DNA of 64,000 nucleotides from Deltaproteobacteria bacterium (GCA_030603275.1 JAUVYB010000001.1:125839-189838); one strand, 5' to 3'; positions 1-9,063 are shown, counted from the first letter of the stretch. The notes: a model not told the origin generated them from the sequence alone. Translations and numbers: made by a program.

Positions 1-9
1 TTCCGACAT
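1..9 (-). CDS. 5' end of a CDS running off the left edge (MSE...)
   Basis: Minus strand AAGGAGG Shine-Dalgarno (19-25), 9 nt before ATG TCG GAA. Confidence 0.4.
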
Positions 10-108
10 AACCCATTACCTCCTTAAAGCAATAACTCTGGCTTTACCAGCTCCTCTATGGTAAAACTGGCGACAAGGGAATATTTTACCCCAGAGCGAA
101 AACCGGAC

Positions 109-183
109 TGGAGCGGGAGACGAGGCTCGAACTCGCGACCCTCTGCTTGGGAAGCAGATGCTCTACCACTGAGCTACTCCCGC
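109..183 (-). tRNA. tRNA-Gly(CCC)
   Basis: GCGGGAGTAGCTCAGTGGTAGAGC...TCTGC-TTCCCAA-GCAGA...GTTCGAG...CTCCCGCTCCA cloverleaf with encoded CCA. Confidence 0.97.
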
Positions 184-249
184 CAAATTAAACTACAGGC
201 AAATTTTACGTCAAAATGAACGAAAAAACAAGCCGGACACCGCTGGAGG

Positions 250-939
250 CTACGGTAACGGCGGCAGCCATTTAGGCGGGATAGGCAGGTTCTCACTGGC
301 GGTCAGCCAGAAATACTCATCGATAAACCTGGCCAGTGACTTCTGGCAACTGTAGCTAATATAACCCAGCTTCTCGGAAAGGAAGGCCTCGGGCGAACCG
401 GAAAGTCCTTGAGCCTCAAAGTCACTGGTAACCTCCCGCGCATGCTGCTGGGTAAGAACCAGCCAATCAATATAGTCATCAGCTTCATCACGCAGACTGA
501 AGTTTTCGGCTATTCTCCCATCGAGGATAACAAAAAGAGAGTCATTAAGCACGTGAGCAATCTTGGTTATTCCGGTCACCCAGAGCCCGTCAATGCTACC
601 CAGCCCCTGGTAAATTTCCTTTATACTTTTAAGCAAACTCTTATTCGATAAATCACAATCAAGCAGACTGACTCCCTTAAGGTTAGAGGTACAGCTACGC
701 AGCCTGATTATCTCCGCCAGCACGTTGCCGCCCCTCGTCCCCACCGGCAACCGCAACCCGAGGCTATTAACGAAACCGGAGATGACCTTAGCCTCAAATT
801 CAGGATAGGAGACATCCCACGGTGTTTCTCTAATTTTAGAGATAAACTCACCGTCCCCGAAAAGCCTCACGTACCTTCTATCCTTGTTCGATTGGTAGTA
901 ATGAAACAGTGCTGCCCAGCCCAGGTCGCTGAATTTCAC
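250..939 (-). CDS. hypothetical protein, possibly DUF6308-like helix-hairpin-helix fold
   Basis: 229-aa ORF with GGAGG RBS; segment GLWVTGITKIAHVLNDSLFVILD resembles the G-x-G-x-T-x-x-S-K-x-L...F-x-I-x-D pattern; family from recall only. Confidence 0.6.
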   Translation of the reverse strand: MKFSDLGWAALFHYYQSNKDRRYVRLFGDGEFISKIRETPWDVSYPEFEAKVISGFVNSLGLRLPVGTRGGNVLAEIIRLRSCTSNLKGVSLLDCDLSNKSLLKSIKEIYQGLGSIDGLWVTGITKIAHVLNDSLFVILDGRIAENFSLRDEADDYIDWLVLTQQHAREVTSDFEAQGLSGSPEAFLSEKLGYISYSCQKSLARFIDEYFWLTASENLPIPPKWLPPLP

Positions 940-1140
940 ATTAATCCTCCCAATACCTCTCTTAAGCTCCGGTCGGAGCTATTAAATCACCAAAAGCTGA
1001 TTATATCAATAGTTGCCTTACTGCTTTAAAAGTAAAACCATCCCTTACTAAATCACTACACCAATATTACCATTCACCTATTTACACTCGCCTTATCCTG
1101 TGAACTATAATGTAAGAGGGGATACCATAGGGGTAGTGCC

Positions 1141-2061
1141 ATGGCTAAAAACAATAAAGGAAATGGCGTCGTCGAGCTGTGGGGGCACGAATTCAAGAAG
1201 GCGGCGGAGGGGTTGGACAGGGCAGAGGTAGTGTCCTTTGTCACCGAGCTCATAAAAAAGAACGAGACCCTCCTCAAGCGCGCCGATCATCTCGCGTCGC
1301 TGACCAAGCTCGCCGAAAAGACAATCATTGACGCTGACACCGTAGCCAAACAGGTCCAGGGTGAAGCCGAAGAGCAGGCAAAGGCTGAGGCCAAAAAGAT
1401 TTTAGCCGGGGCGGAAGAACAGGCTCAAAAAATAATCGAGGAAAAGAGAGCCGAAGCTTTAGCCAAGGCTAACCGGGAAGCGGAGACCATCAAGGCTAAG
1501 GCTCAACAGCAGGCGGAAAGAATGCTGGAGGAAAGAATAAGGGAGATTCAACCAGAACTTAAGGATAACGCCAAAACTCTATATGAAGAGCTTCTCAATC
1601 AACTGGAAAACCTCAAGAAGCAGGTGGTGATATTTGAAGAAGAGTTGGACCATAAGCTGTCTCAGCCTCCGGCAGAGACCGGCAAGGCAACTATAGCAGC
1701 CGGCAAAGCCGATAACGACTTCCTGGAACTACTTCAGCCTGTTGAAGAACCCGGCAAAGATGAACCGGAATGGGAACTGGAAGTATTGCCCCCTATAGAC
1801 CTGACTCAAATACTGGACATCATAAACCATCTTGATAGCTTACCCCAGGTGGTAAGAACCGAGCTTATACCCCACATGGATAAGCCCACAATCATGGTGT
1901 TCCTGCGCCAACCGATAGAACTGGTTGATATACTTTCGACGCTGCCGCAGGTAGCCAATGTCACCGAAGACACAACCGGGGGCGCCGGCGCCGAGGGTAA
2001 ACCGAGAAAGGCTCAAATAGAGCTCCCCAGACAAACCGTAATCCAGCAAAGTAATAACTAG
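1141..2061 (+). CDS. DivIVA-domain coiled-coil protein with C-terminal globular domain
   Basis: N-terminal HEFKKAAEGLDRAEVVSFV matches the DivIVA F-x-K-x-x-x-G-Y/L-D-x-x-E-V-x-x-F motif, followed by a long A/E/K heptad coiled coil; TATAAT at 1106-1111. Confidence 0.7.
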   Translation: MAKNNKGNGVVELWGHEFKKAAEGLDRAEVVSFVTELIKKNETLLKRADHLASLTKLAEKTIIDADTVAKQVQGEAEEQAKAEAKKILAGAEEQAQKIIEEKRAEALAKANREAETIKAKAQQQAERMLEERIREIQPELKDNAKTLYEELLNQLENLKKQVVIFEEELDHKLSQPPAETGKATIAAGKADNDFLELLQPVEEPGKDEPEWELEVLPPIDLTQILDIINHLDSLPQVVRTELIPHMDKPTIMVFLRQPIELVDILSTLPQVANVTEDTTGGAGAEGKPRKAQIELPRQTVIQQSNN

Positions 2062-2108
2062 AAAGCACGATTACCGCCGCAAAGGGAGCGTGCCTCGTTA
2101 AAATATTA

Positions 2109-2165
2109 AGTGGAGCCGGGGTGCCAACAGGCAGAACTTTTGAACTGGTTTTCAGCCTGACTATT
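2109..2165 (+). repeat. att-like repeat copy 1 (encodes SGAGVPTGRTFELVFSLTI)
   Basis: 43/57 identical to 6021-6077 by manual alignment. Confidence 0.75.
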
Positions 2166-2384
2166 ATACACCCTGGCTCTCGTCATTTAACACCCTGGCT
2201 CTGGCCGCAGACAAATCTACCGACAAATAGCGGGGCCTGCGACTCGCCGCAACACCAGAAGTCAGGTGGATATTGCTTTCTTCCCTGGAACAACAGCTTC
2301 CCAGCTCCTTCCGGCGGATAAGAAATGATGTTATCCACAGCGTATCCTCTCAGGTGTTCGCATTGGAATACGTGTGCCTGAACG

Positions 2385-2393
2385 TGGTATAAT
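2385..2393 (+). promoter_or_regulatory. extended -10 promoter for the GH26-GT2 pair
   Basis: TGGTATAAT about 43 nt upstream of ATG 2436. Confidence 0.5.
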
Positions 2394-2435
2394 TGCCTGT
2401 TGTCCGTTTTTAACTGGAAGGCATGCTAAACTAAT

Positions 2436-3596
2436 ATGAAGGTTTTGCTGATGCTGGTTATATTGATGCCTCTTGGAATGGCTGCCTGCACTGTTCACCC
2501 GGAAGAGACGGCTATCCCTTCGCTGGCGCGCCTCGAACCCGCCAGCGGCACCTATTACGGTGTGCATCTTGACTGGGAGCAGGATACCGCAGCCGCTTAT
2601 AATCAGCGCCTCGGGGTGCCGGCGGCGGTCTATGTCGCCTTCTTCCCGTTTCCTTTCAGCGAGACCGACAAGGCTAATGTCGATGCTTTCATCGGGCAGG
2701 TAGCCGCAGAAGAAGGCATGGCCCTGATCACCCTGCAACCGGAATCGGGCCTGGACAGGGTTACGGCCGCCGTGGCTTATGACTTTGCCGGGCTTATGGC
2801 GGAATATAACCAGAGCGGTGTTCCTGTCTTTGTCCGCTTTGCCCACGAAATGAACGGCTCCTGGTATTCATGGGGCCAGCAACCGACAGACTACATACGA
2901 GCCTTCCGCACGCTGGCTGAGGCAATTCACCAGCGCACAGCTCTCAGCGCCATGCTCTGGGCGCCCAACTATGGCGGCGGCTACCCATTTGCCGCTGGAC
3001 GTTATGAAGCCTCTCCTCAAAGCAGTGATTTTCATCTCCTGGATACTAACCAGGACGGCCACCTTGATATGAGTGACGATATGTACGCCCCTTACTACCC
3101 TGGTGACGATGCCGTCGACTGGGTAGGCATGTCGGTGTACCACTGGGGCAGCCAGTATCCCTGGGGCGAAAATGAGATTCCCGAAGCGGGCAAGTTCACT
3201 ACCCAGATTACCGGCGCCTATATTGGCTTAGATAGCGACCACCGGCCGGTGCCGGACTTCTATCAGACCTACGTGGAAAAACATGGAAAGCCAATGGCTA
3301 TCCCGGAGACGGCGGCTCTCTATAACCCGGACCTCGGAGGCGATACCGAACTGGATATCAAGCAGGCCTGGTGGTGGCAGGTGTTCAGCGCCGAGGTGGC
3401 CGAGGATGTCCCCGGAATCAAGATGATTAGCTGGTTTGAAGCGCGCAAATACGAAAGCGAGGTCGGCACTACCCTCGATTGGACGGTTACCTCTAACCCG
3501 GTGCTGCTCCAGGCCTACCTGGATGACCTGCCCCGCTCGCGTTTGCTCTTTGCCACCAACCTCCCCGATTTTTCCCCGGCGGGGAACCAGAAATGA
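2436..3596 (+). CDS. glycoside hydrolase family 26 lipoprotein
   Basis: Lipobox-like MAAC; GH26 motifs RFAHEMNGSWYSW (acid/base Glu), YYPGDDAVDWVG, KPMAIPET (nucleophile Glu). Confidence 0.85.
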   Translation: MKVLLMLVILMPLGMAACTVHPEETAIPSLARLEPASGTYYGVHLDWEQDTAAAYNQRLGVPAAVYVAFFPFPFSETDKANVDAFIGQVAAEEGMALITLQPESGLDRVTAAVAYDFAGLMAEYNQSGVPVFVRFAHEMNGSWYSWGQQPTDYIRAFRTLAEAIHQRTALSAMLWAPNYGGGYPFAAGRYEASPQSSDFHLLDTNQDGHLDMSDDMYAPYYPGDDAVDWVGMSVYHWGSQYPWGENEIPEAGKFTTQITGAYIGLDSDHRPVPDFYQTYVEKHGKPMAIPETAALYNPDLGGDTELDIKQAWWWQVFSAEVAEDVPGIKMISWFEARKYESEVGTTLDWTVTSNPVLLQAYLDDLPRSRLLFATNLPDFSPAGNQK

Positions 3597-3621
3597 ATGG
3601 AATAATGAGAGGACGCAAATA

Positions 3622-5625
3622 ATGCATCCGGCAATAATCGCCGCTATTGCGGGCCTGGCCACGGTGTTCGCCCTGTGGTTAGCCCTGGCGGTTGAAAGGT
3701 GGACATGGGGTAAACCATCCCGTTACCCCGAAGATAGTGCCGCATATCACAAAATACGCCGACCCCCCAGATATCCTGAGTTCCTGGTCAGGGGAATGGT
3801 TATCGTTGCTGCCGCCTTTACCCTGTACTACCTTGTTTGGCGGCTATCCATCTTTAATCCTGACGCAATGTGGTTCTCCTGGCTACTGTGGGCAGCCGAA
3901 GCCTACGGTTTTGTAACCTTTCTACTTTTCGCTTTTATGACCTGGAAGCTGGTTCACCCGGAAACACCACCGCCCCGGGAAGGCATCTCGGTGGATATCA
4001 TGGTGCCCACCTACGGCGAGCCGCTCGATGTCCTGCGGGCGACGCTGGTCGGCTGCAGCCATACAAGCTATCCCCACCAGACCTTTGTCCTGGACGATGC
4101 CGGACGCCCTGAGGTAAAAGCCCTGGCCGCAGAACTGGGCTGCATTTATATCAGTCGTCCCACCCACGAGGGAGCCAAGGCGGGAAATCTGAACTATGCC
4201 CTTAAACAGACCGGCGGACAGCTGGTGGCAGTCCTCGATGCTGACCATGTACCCCTCCCCGAATTCCTCGATAATACCATCGGCTTCTTTAGTGATAGCT
4301 CGGTGGCGGTGGTACAGGGCCCGCAGCTATTCTATAACCTCGATTCCTTCCAGCACGAGCGTTCATCTTGGCACGAACAGCGGGTTTTCTATCATACCAT
4401 CATGCCGGGCAAGAATCGCACCGGTTCCGCCTTCTGGTGTGGCAGCCCCGCCGTATTGCGGCGCTCAGCGCTCGAAGCCATTGGCGGAGTCGCCCAAGAG
4501 ACGGTAACGGAAGACCTGCATACCACCATCAGGCTGGTCAGGCACGGTTACCGCGTTGTTTACACCAAACAGCCGCTGGCGGTGGGGCTCTCGCCAGCGA
4601 CGATTGACGAATATCTCGGCCAGCGCTTTCGCTGGGGACAGGGGGCAATGCAGGTTCTGCGTAGCAAGGATAGCCCGCTACGGGCTTCAGGGCTGACCAT
4701 CTCTCAGCGTATCAATTTCCTGGCTTCGACCATAACCTATTTTGACGGTTTACAGCTACTGGCCTTGCTGGCAATACCGGTGATTACCCTTCTCTTCGGC
4801 ATACTGCCGGTGAGTACCTTTGGCTGGGGGTTTGTTGCCCGCTTAGCGCCCTACCTGGCATTGACTTTTCTGGCGAACACACTTCTCGGGCGGGGCACCT
4901 ATAACCTGTGGTATATTGAACGCTACAGCCTGCTCAGAGCCTTTACTTTTGCAGCAACACTACCGACACTGCTCACCGGACGCGCCCGCCCCTTTCGGGT
5001 CACCAGGAAGGGAGACGATATTAACCCGGCGCCACCCTGGCGCCAGGTCTTGCCCCACCTCATCACCATTGGATTATGCTTCATCGCGGCTGTAGTCGGT
5101 GTTCTCCACATCATCCATCCGTTCTGGTATCAGCCGCAGCCGACGGTGTTAGCTGTGGTCATCGGTTGGACCGTGTTGAACGCCGTGCTGCTCAGCGTGG
5201 GTGTAGACCGTCTTCTCAGTGTTAGCCGCCGGTCAAGATATCGCTTCCCCATCATTACTGAAATCAGCTGGCATCTGTCTGGGGAGAAGGACTGGCGTAT
5301 CGGGCACTCGGTCAACCTGAGTGCCAGCGGTATGAGCTTTGAACACAGCGGCCCCCGGTTGCGCATGGGTGACAAGCTTGAGGTTAGCATTGGCTTTGCC
5401 GTTACCGGTGCCGGAGATACGCCCCCGGCGGAAGGCGAATCCCGTATTCTGCTTACCGGGCGTGTCGTTGGTACTTATCAGCCCCGGTCCGGTGATGCCC
5501 AACGGGTGGGGCTGACCATTATTAGCTTTGATAGCAGCGCCGGTGCTAATAACTATAGCTATCTGTTGCATAACCCGGCCAATTTGCTCCGCGGCGAGCA
5601 GATTTTCCTTCCCCCAAAGGATTAG
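3622..5625 (+). CDS. cellulose synthase BcsA-like processive GT2 with C-terminal PilZ domain
   Basis: LDDA, KAGNLN, DADH, FWCGS, TED, QRFRW motifs; multiple TM segments; PilZ RRSRYR and NLSASG; start moved to ATG 3622 after GAGAGG RBS. Confidence 0.88.
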   Translation: MHPAIIAAIAGLATVFALWLALAVERWTWGKPSRYPEDSAAYHKIRRPPRYPEFLVRGMVIVAAAFTLYYLVWRLSIFNPDAMWFSWLLWAAEAYGFVTFLLFAFMTWKLVHPETPPPREGISVDIMVPTYGEPLDVLRATLVGCSHTSYPHQTFVLDDAGRPEVKALAAELGCIYISRPTHEGAKAGNLNYALKQTGGQLVAVLDADHVPLPEFLDNTIGFFSDSSVAVVQGPQLFYNLDSFQHERSSWHEQRVFYHTIMPGKNRTGSAFWCGSPAVLRRSALEAIGGVAQETVTEDLHTTIRLVRHGYRVVYTKQPLAVGLSPATIDEYLGQRFRWGQGAMQVLRSKDSPLRASGLTISQRINFLASTITYFDGLQLLALLAIPVITLLFGILPVSTFGWGFVARLAPYLALTFLANTLLGRGTYNLWYIERYSLLRAFTFAATLPTLLTGRARPFRVTRKGDDINPAPPWRQVLPHLITIGLCFIAAVVGVLHIIHPFWYQPQPTVLAVVIGWTVLNAVLLSVGVDRLLSVSRRSRYRFPIITEISWHLSGEKDWRIGHSVNLSASGMSFEHSGPRLRMGDKLEVSIGFAVTGAGDTPPAEGESRILLTGRVVGTYQPRSGDAQRVGLTIISFDSSAGANNYSYLLHNPANLLRGEQIFLPPKD

Positions 5626-5802
5626 CGTGCCGGAGAGCTTTCATTGCTGATACCTGTTAAACATTCCGGCGTTTTGTTATCCGTCCTGATTTAATGCCTG
5701 CCCTGAAGCCATAGCTTGACCGCCGATTCCCGGTAACGATATTGACAACTACTCTCAATAGGCATATACCTAGGGCAATAATTATCAGGGGGCGTAGCAT
5801 CA

Positions 5803-5934
5803 GTGCGATGCAAGAGTTGCGGGCATGATAATCCCCCCGAAGCGCGTTTCTGCGCTAATTGTGGTTCCAGTTTGCCGACTACTATTGAGCAGCCTGCTCC
5901 GGCGGATTTTTCTCCGGTATCCGGGGGAAGTTAG
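5803..5934 (+). CDS. 43-aa zinc-ribbon protein (probably a truncated gene)
   Basis: GTG start after AGGGGG; MRCKSCGHDNPPEARFCANCGSSL with two CxxC; not in the ORF track. Confidence 0.6.
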   Translation: MRCKSCGHDNPPEARFCANCGSSLPTTIEQPAPADFSPVSGGS

Positions 5935-6020
5935 CCTTTAAAACTACCCAAAAGGCCCGAAAATTGTCCTGCCGGCTTCTAAGCGGCGGGGCGTTGGTGA
6001 AGAAGATAGTAGTTGAAAAA

Positions 6021-6080
6021 AGTGGAGATAGGGTGACAATAGGCAGAACTTTGGAACTTACCTTTAGTCTCGCTATTTAA
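6021..6080 (+). repeat. att-like repeat copy 2 (encodes SGDRVTIGRTLELTFSLAI*)
   Basis: GTGGAGATAGGG (6022-6033) is identical to the antisense of the tRNA-Ala 3' end (7232-7243); 43/57 identical to 2109-2165. Confidence 0.8.
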
Positions 6081-6133
6081 CCCAACTTCCACTAAAACTT
6101 ATTAATCGATGTAAACGCCTTCCTGCCAAACCA

Positions 6134-6844
6134 TTATTTAATACGGGGAATCCGGGTTACAGTTTTGCTCCAGATGAACTCCTTGATCTTTTCATCCGAT
6201 CTGAACTTCCCCATATCGTAATGTTCATAATGAACAATTTCGGCCAGCTCTCTGCGGAAGGAAGCCCGCTCTCTTACCGGACGAAGTGCCTTATCACTTT
6301 TCTCCTTTTCCTCATCAGGATACCCCAGTGGTACAATATGGTCAACGGTATATACATCAGGAATCCCTAACAACTTCCTAATTTGTACTTCTCGTAACTC
6401 AGTCTGCATTGTAGCCCAGGCCGTAGCCAGGCCGAAGCTTGCTGCGGCTAGTTGTAGAGTATAAATAGAAATAGCCAAACTCTGACGTAAGAGAACTTCT
6501 CCTGGGAGATGAACAGGGTATGTCTCTTGCAACCGTCGATCACCACAGACTATGATGAGGACTGGCGCAGTAGATAAATGAGGTTGGACTGCTACTGCCC
6601 AATACATAGTTGGGTCGGCTTTTCGTATTTTTTTGTATCCCGATGTAATGCTCTGCGTTATGCTCTTCTTTGTCGCAACATCTTGAACTACTACAAATTC
6701 CCATGGCTGCGAGTTCCCGGCAGAAGGTGAATGTCTAGCTGCTTCAAGCACCTTCTCCAGAATTTCCTTCGGTACTGGATCGGATTTAAACCTGCGGAAG
6801 CTCCTCCTCTTCTTAACAAGTTCAAGGAAATCGTCATAATTCAT
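6134..6844 (-). CDS. nitroreductase family protein
   Basis: RRSFRRF, SPSAGNSQPWEF, GLATAW, LGYP motifs; lower GC than neighbours. Confidence 0.92.
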   Translation of the reverse strand: MNYDDFLELVKKRRSFRRFKSDPVPKEILEKVLEAARHSPSAGNSQPWEFVVVQDVATKKSITQSITSGYKKIRKADPTMYWAVAVQPHLSTAPVLIIVCGDRRLQETYPVHLPGEVLLRQSLAISIYTLQLAAASFGLATAWATMQTELREVQIRKLLGIPDVYTVDHIVPLGYPDEEKEKSDKALRPVRERASFRRELAEIVHYEHYDMGKFRSDEKIKEFIWSKTVTRIPRIK

Positions 6845-7229
6845 AGCAACTCCTATCTTCTAAATAGTTGGTAAGAGTTAAGGTCATCCAATACCTGAGG
6901 AAACTGGAAATAGTTTAACCAAGTATATAATAACCTAAACCACCATGTACATTTTACAATATATAGTGAAGAGACCCTCTTTGCAAATGCCAGCACAAAC
7001 TTCCCAGTAAGAAAGATTGCCATGACCAAATCCGAGGAGCTTTGGTTTCCTTAAGATTTATGACGCGATTTATTGCTTACTGCAACACGGTACGTCTCTT
7101 TGTCGCCTAAGTAGTAACATTGTAGCGGTATGTTAAGCGTTTTTGGTGGAAGTTTTGAGAAACAGGTCTCAATGAGGGCAACTTGAACTAATGTTCAGGG
7201 GGAAACGAGGCCACCTGGCTTGGGTGGAT

Positions 7230-7305
7230 TGGTGGAGATAGGGGGATTCGAACCCCCGACCTCTGCCATGCGAAGGCAGCGCTCTCCCGATTGAGCTATA
7301 TCCCC
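7230..7305 (-). tRNA. tRNA-Ala(CGC)
   Basis: GGGGATATAGCTCAATCGGGAGAGC...CTGCC-TTCGCAT-GGCAG...GGTTCGAATCC...TATCTCCACCA; G3:U70 pair. Confidence 0.97.
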
Positions 7306-7376
7306 ACCTACAGCCAGAATTATAGCATATACCTTCCTTGTCAGCCATCAGCATTGTTGCTATACTGAAATTTGCC

Positions 7377-8840
7377 ATGGAATACGAAACCATCATCGGG
7401 CTGGAGGTTCACGCCCAGCTTTTAACTAAGAGCAAGATGTACTGCCGCTGCAGCACCGCTTATGCCAGTGCCCCACCCAACACCCATGTCTGCCCGGTCT
7501 GCCTGGGGATGCCCGGGGTACTGCCCACCATCAACCAGCAGGCGGTAGAATTCACCGTGATGACGGCCCTGGCCCTCAACTGCACCATCTCCGATTACAC
7601 CAAGTTCGACCGCAAAAACTACCCCTACCCGGACCTGATGAAAGGCTACCAGATTTCCCAGTACGATGCCCCTATCGGCCATGATGGCTGGCTTAACATT
7701 GAGGTCGACGGCAAAAAGAGGAAGGCGGGTATAACCCGCGTCCACCTTGAGGAAGACGTGGCCAAGCTGCTCCACCGCACTCCCAAAAACGAGGAGTCCT
7801 ACAGCCTGGTAGATGTCAACCGCTCCGGGGTGCCGCTGATGGAGGTTGTCGGCGAGCCCGACCTGCGCTCCCCCGAAGAAGCCAGGCAGTACCTGATAAA
7901 GCTGCGGACCATCCTCCAGTACCTCGGCGTGTCCACCGGCAATATGGAGGAGGGCAGCTTCCGCTGCGACGCCAACATCAGCATCCGCCCGATGGGGAGC
8001 GCCGATACTTTAGCCAAGGCCGAGATTAAAAATATGAACAGCTTTAGAGCCGTCTACCTCGCCCTGGAACATGAAGCCCGGAGACAGAGAAAGCGGGCCG
8101 ACGAGGGCAAAAAACTGCCCCAGGAAACGAGGGGGTGGGTGGAGGCCAAGGGGATAACGGTTGCCCAGCGCAGCAAGGAGTATGCCCATGACTACCGCTA
8201 CTTTCCCGAACCCGACCTCCCCCCGCTGGTGCTCAAGCCGGAGTGGGTAGAAGAGATAAGGGCAAAGCTGCCCGAGCTTCCCGAAGCCAGGCGCGACCGC
8301 TTAATGGCCGAATACGGCCTGCCTGCCTATGACGCCAACCTCATTACCGGCTCTAAAGACATGGCCGACTATTTTGAAGACTGCCTCAAAGGGTCCAGAG
8401 CCGAACCGGCTCAAGCCAGGGAACTAAGCAAGTGGCTTTTGGGAGAAACCAGCCGCATAATGAATGTTTACAGTATCGATATAAACGAGTTTAAGAAAAA
8501 AGTAAGGCCTGAAAATTTTACCGGGTTGCTAGCCTTAGAGTCGAGTAATGCCGTTAACACTGCCAGTGCTAAATTTGTGCTTGAGGAAATGTTTAATAGC
8601 GCTAGAACTGCTCAAGAGATTATTAACGAGAAAGGGCTTACCCAGATAAGCGATACCCGGCAGCTTGAAGAAACCGTGCTTGACGTGATAAACTCTAATG
8701 TTCAGGCGGTAGCCGATTATAAGGCAGGCAAGCAGCAATCGCTTAAGTTCCTGATGGGGCAGGTAATGAGGGCTACCGGAGGCCGGGCTAACCCCAAGCT
8801 GGTAATTGAATTACTGGGGAAGAAGTTAGGGGAAGGTTGA
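7377..8840 (+). CDS. gatB: Asp-tRNA(Asn)/Glu-tRNA(Gln) amidotransferase subunit B
   Basis: MEYETIIGLEVHAQL, FDRKNYPYPDL, RCDANIS, DYRYFPEPDL; start moved to ATG 7377. Confidence 0.97.
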   Translation: MEYETIIGLEVHAQLLTKSKMYCRCSTAYASAPPNTHVCPVCLGMPGVLPTINQQAVEFTVMTALALNCTISDYTKFDRKNYPYPDLMKGYQISQYDAPIGHDGWLNIEVDGKKRKAGITRVHLEEDVAKLLHRTPKNEESYSLVDVNRSGVPLMEVVGEPDLRSPEEARQYLIKLRTILQYLGVSTGNMEEGSFRCDANISIRPMGSADTLAKAEIKNMNSFRAVYLALEHEARRQRKRADEGKKLPQETRGWVEAKGITVAQRSKEYAHDYRYFPEPDLPPLVLKPEWVEEIRAKLPELPEARRDRLMAEYGLPAYDANLITGSKDMADYFEDCLKGSRAEPAQARELSKWLLGETSRIMNVYSIDINEFKKKVRPENFTGLLALESSNAVNTASAKFVLEEMFNSARTAQEIINEKGLTQISDTRQLEETVLDVINSNVQAVADYKAGKQQSLKFLMGQVMRATGGRANPKLVIELLGKKLGEG

Positions 8841-8841
8841 A

Positions 8842-9063
8842 ATGCAGACCTATCTCAATATAGCACAGATAATACTATCCACGGCCCTGATAATAGCCGT
8901 TCTGCTGCAGGTTAAAGGCGGCGGGCTGGGGGGTATCTTCGGTCAGGCGGACTCCGTCTACCGGACCAAGCGGGGAGCGGAAAAAACCCTGTTTCAACTG
9001 ACCATCGTCTTAGTTGTATTATTTATTGTCCTCTCTATAGTTGCTCTCAGAGTCGGCCAGTAA
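8842..9063 (+). CDS. secG: preprotein translocase subunit SecG
   Basis: Two TM helices around LLQVKGGGLGGIFG...RGAEKTL. Confidence 0.93.
   Translation: MQTYLNIAQIILSTALIIAVLLQVKGGGLGGIFGQADSVYRTKRGAEKTLFQLTIVLVVLFIVLSIVALRVGQ

Noticed and set aside
2168-2202. 13-bp direct repeat ACACCCTGGCTCT x2
   Set aside because: Only two copies with a 9-nt gap; not CRISPR-like. No CRISPR array or cas genes were seen in the window
2331-2339. Perfect DnaA box TTATCCACA
   Set aside because: Single copy with no cluster, unwinding element or dnaA nearby; not an origin
7144-7150. TGGTGGA as a third tRNA-Ala att copy
   Set aside because: Only a 7-bp match, without the downstream GRT...FSL arm
7169-7396. 75-aa minus-strand ORF
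   Set aside because: It overlaps tRNA-Ala and is a translation of the tRNA sequence
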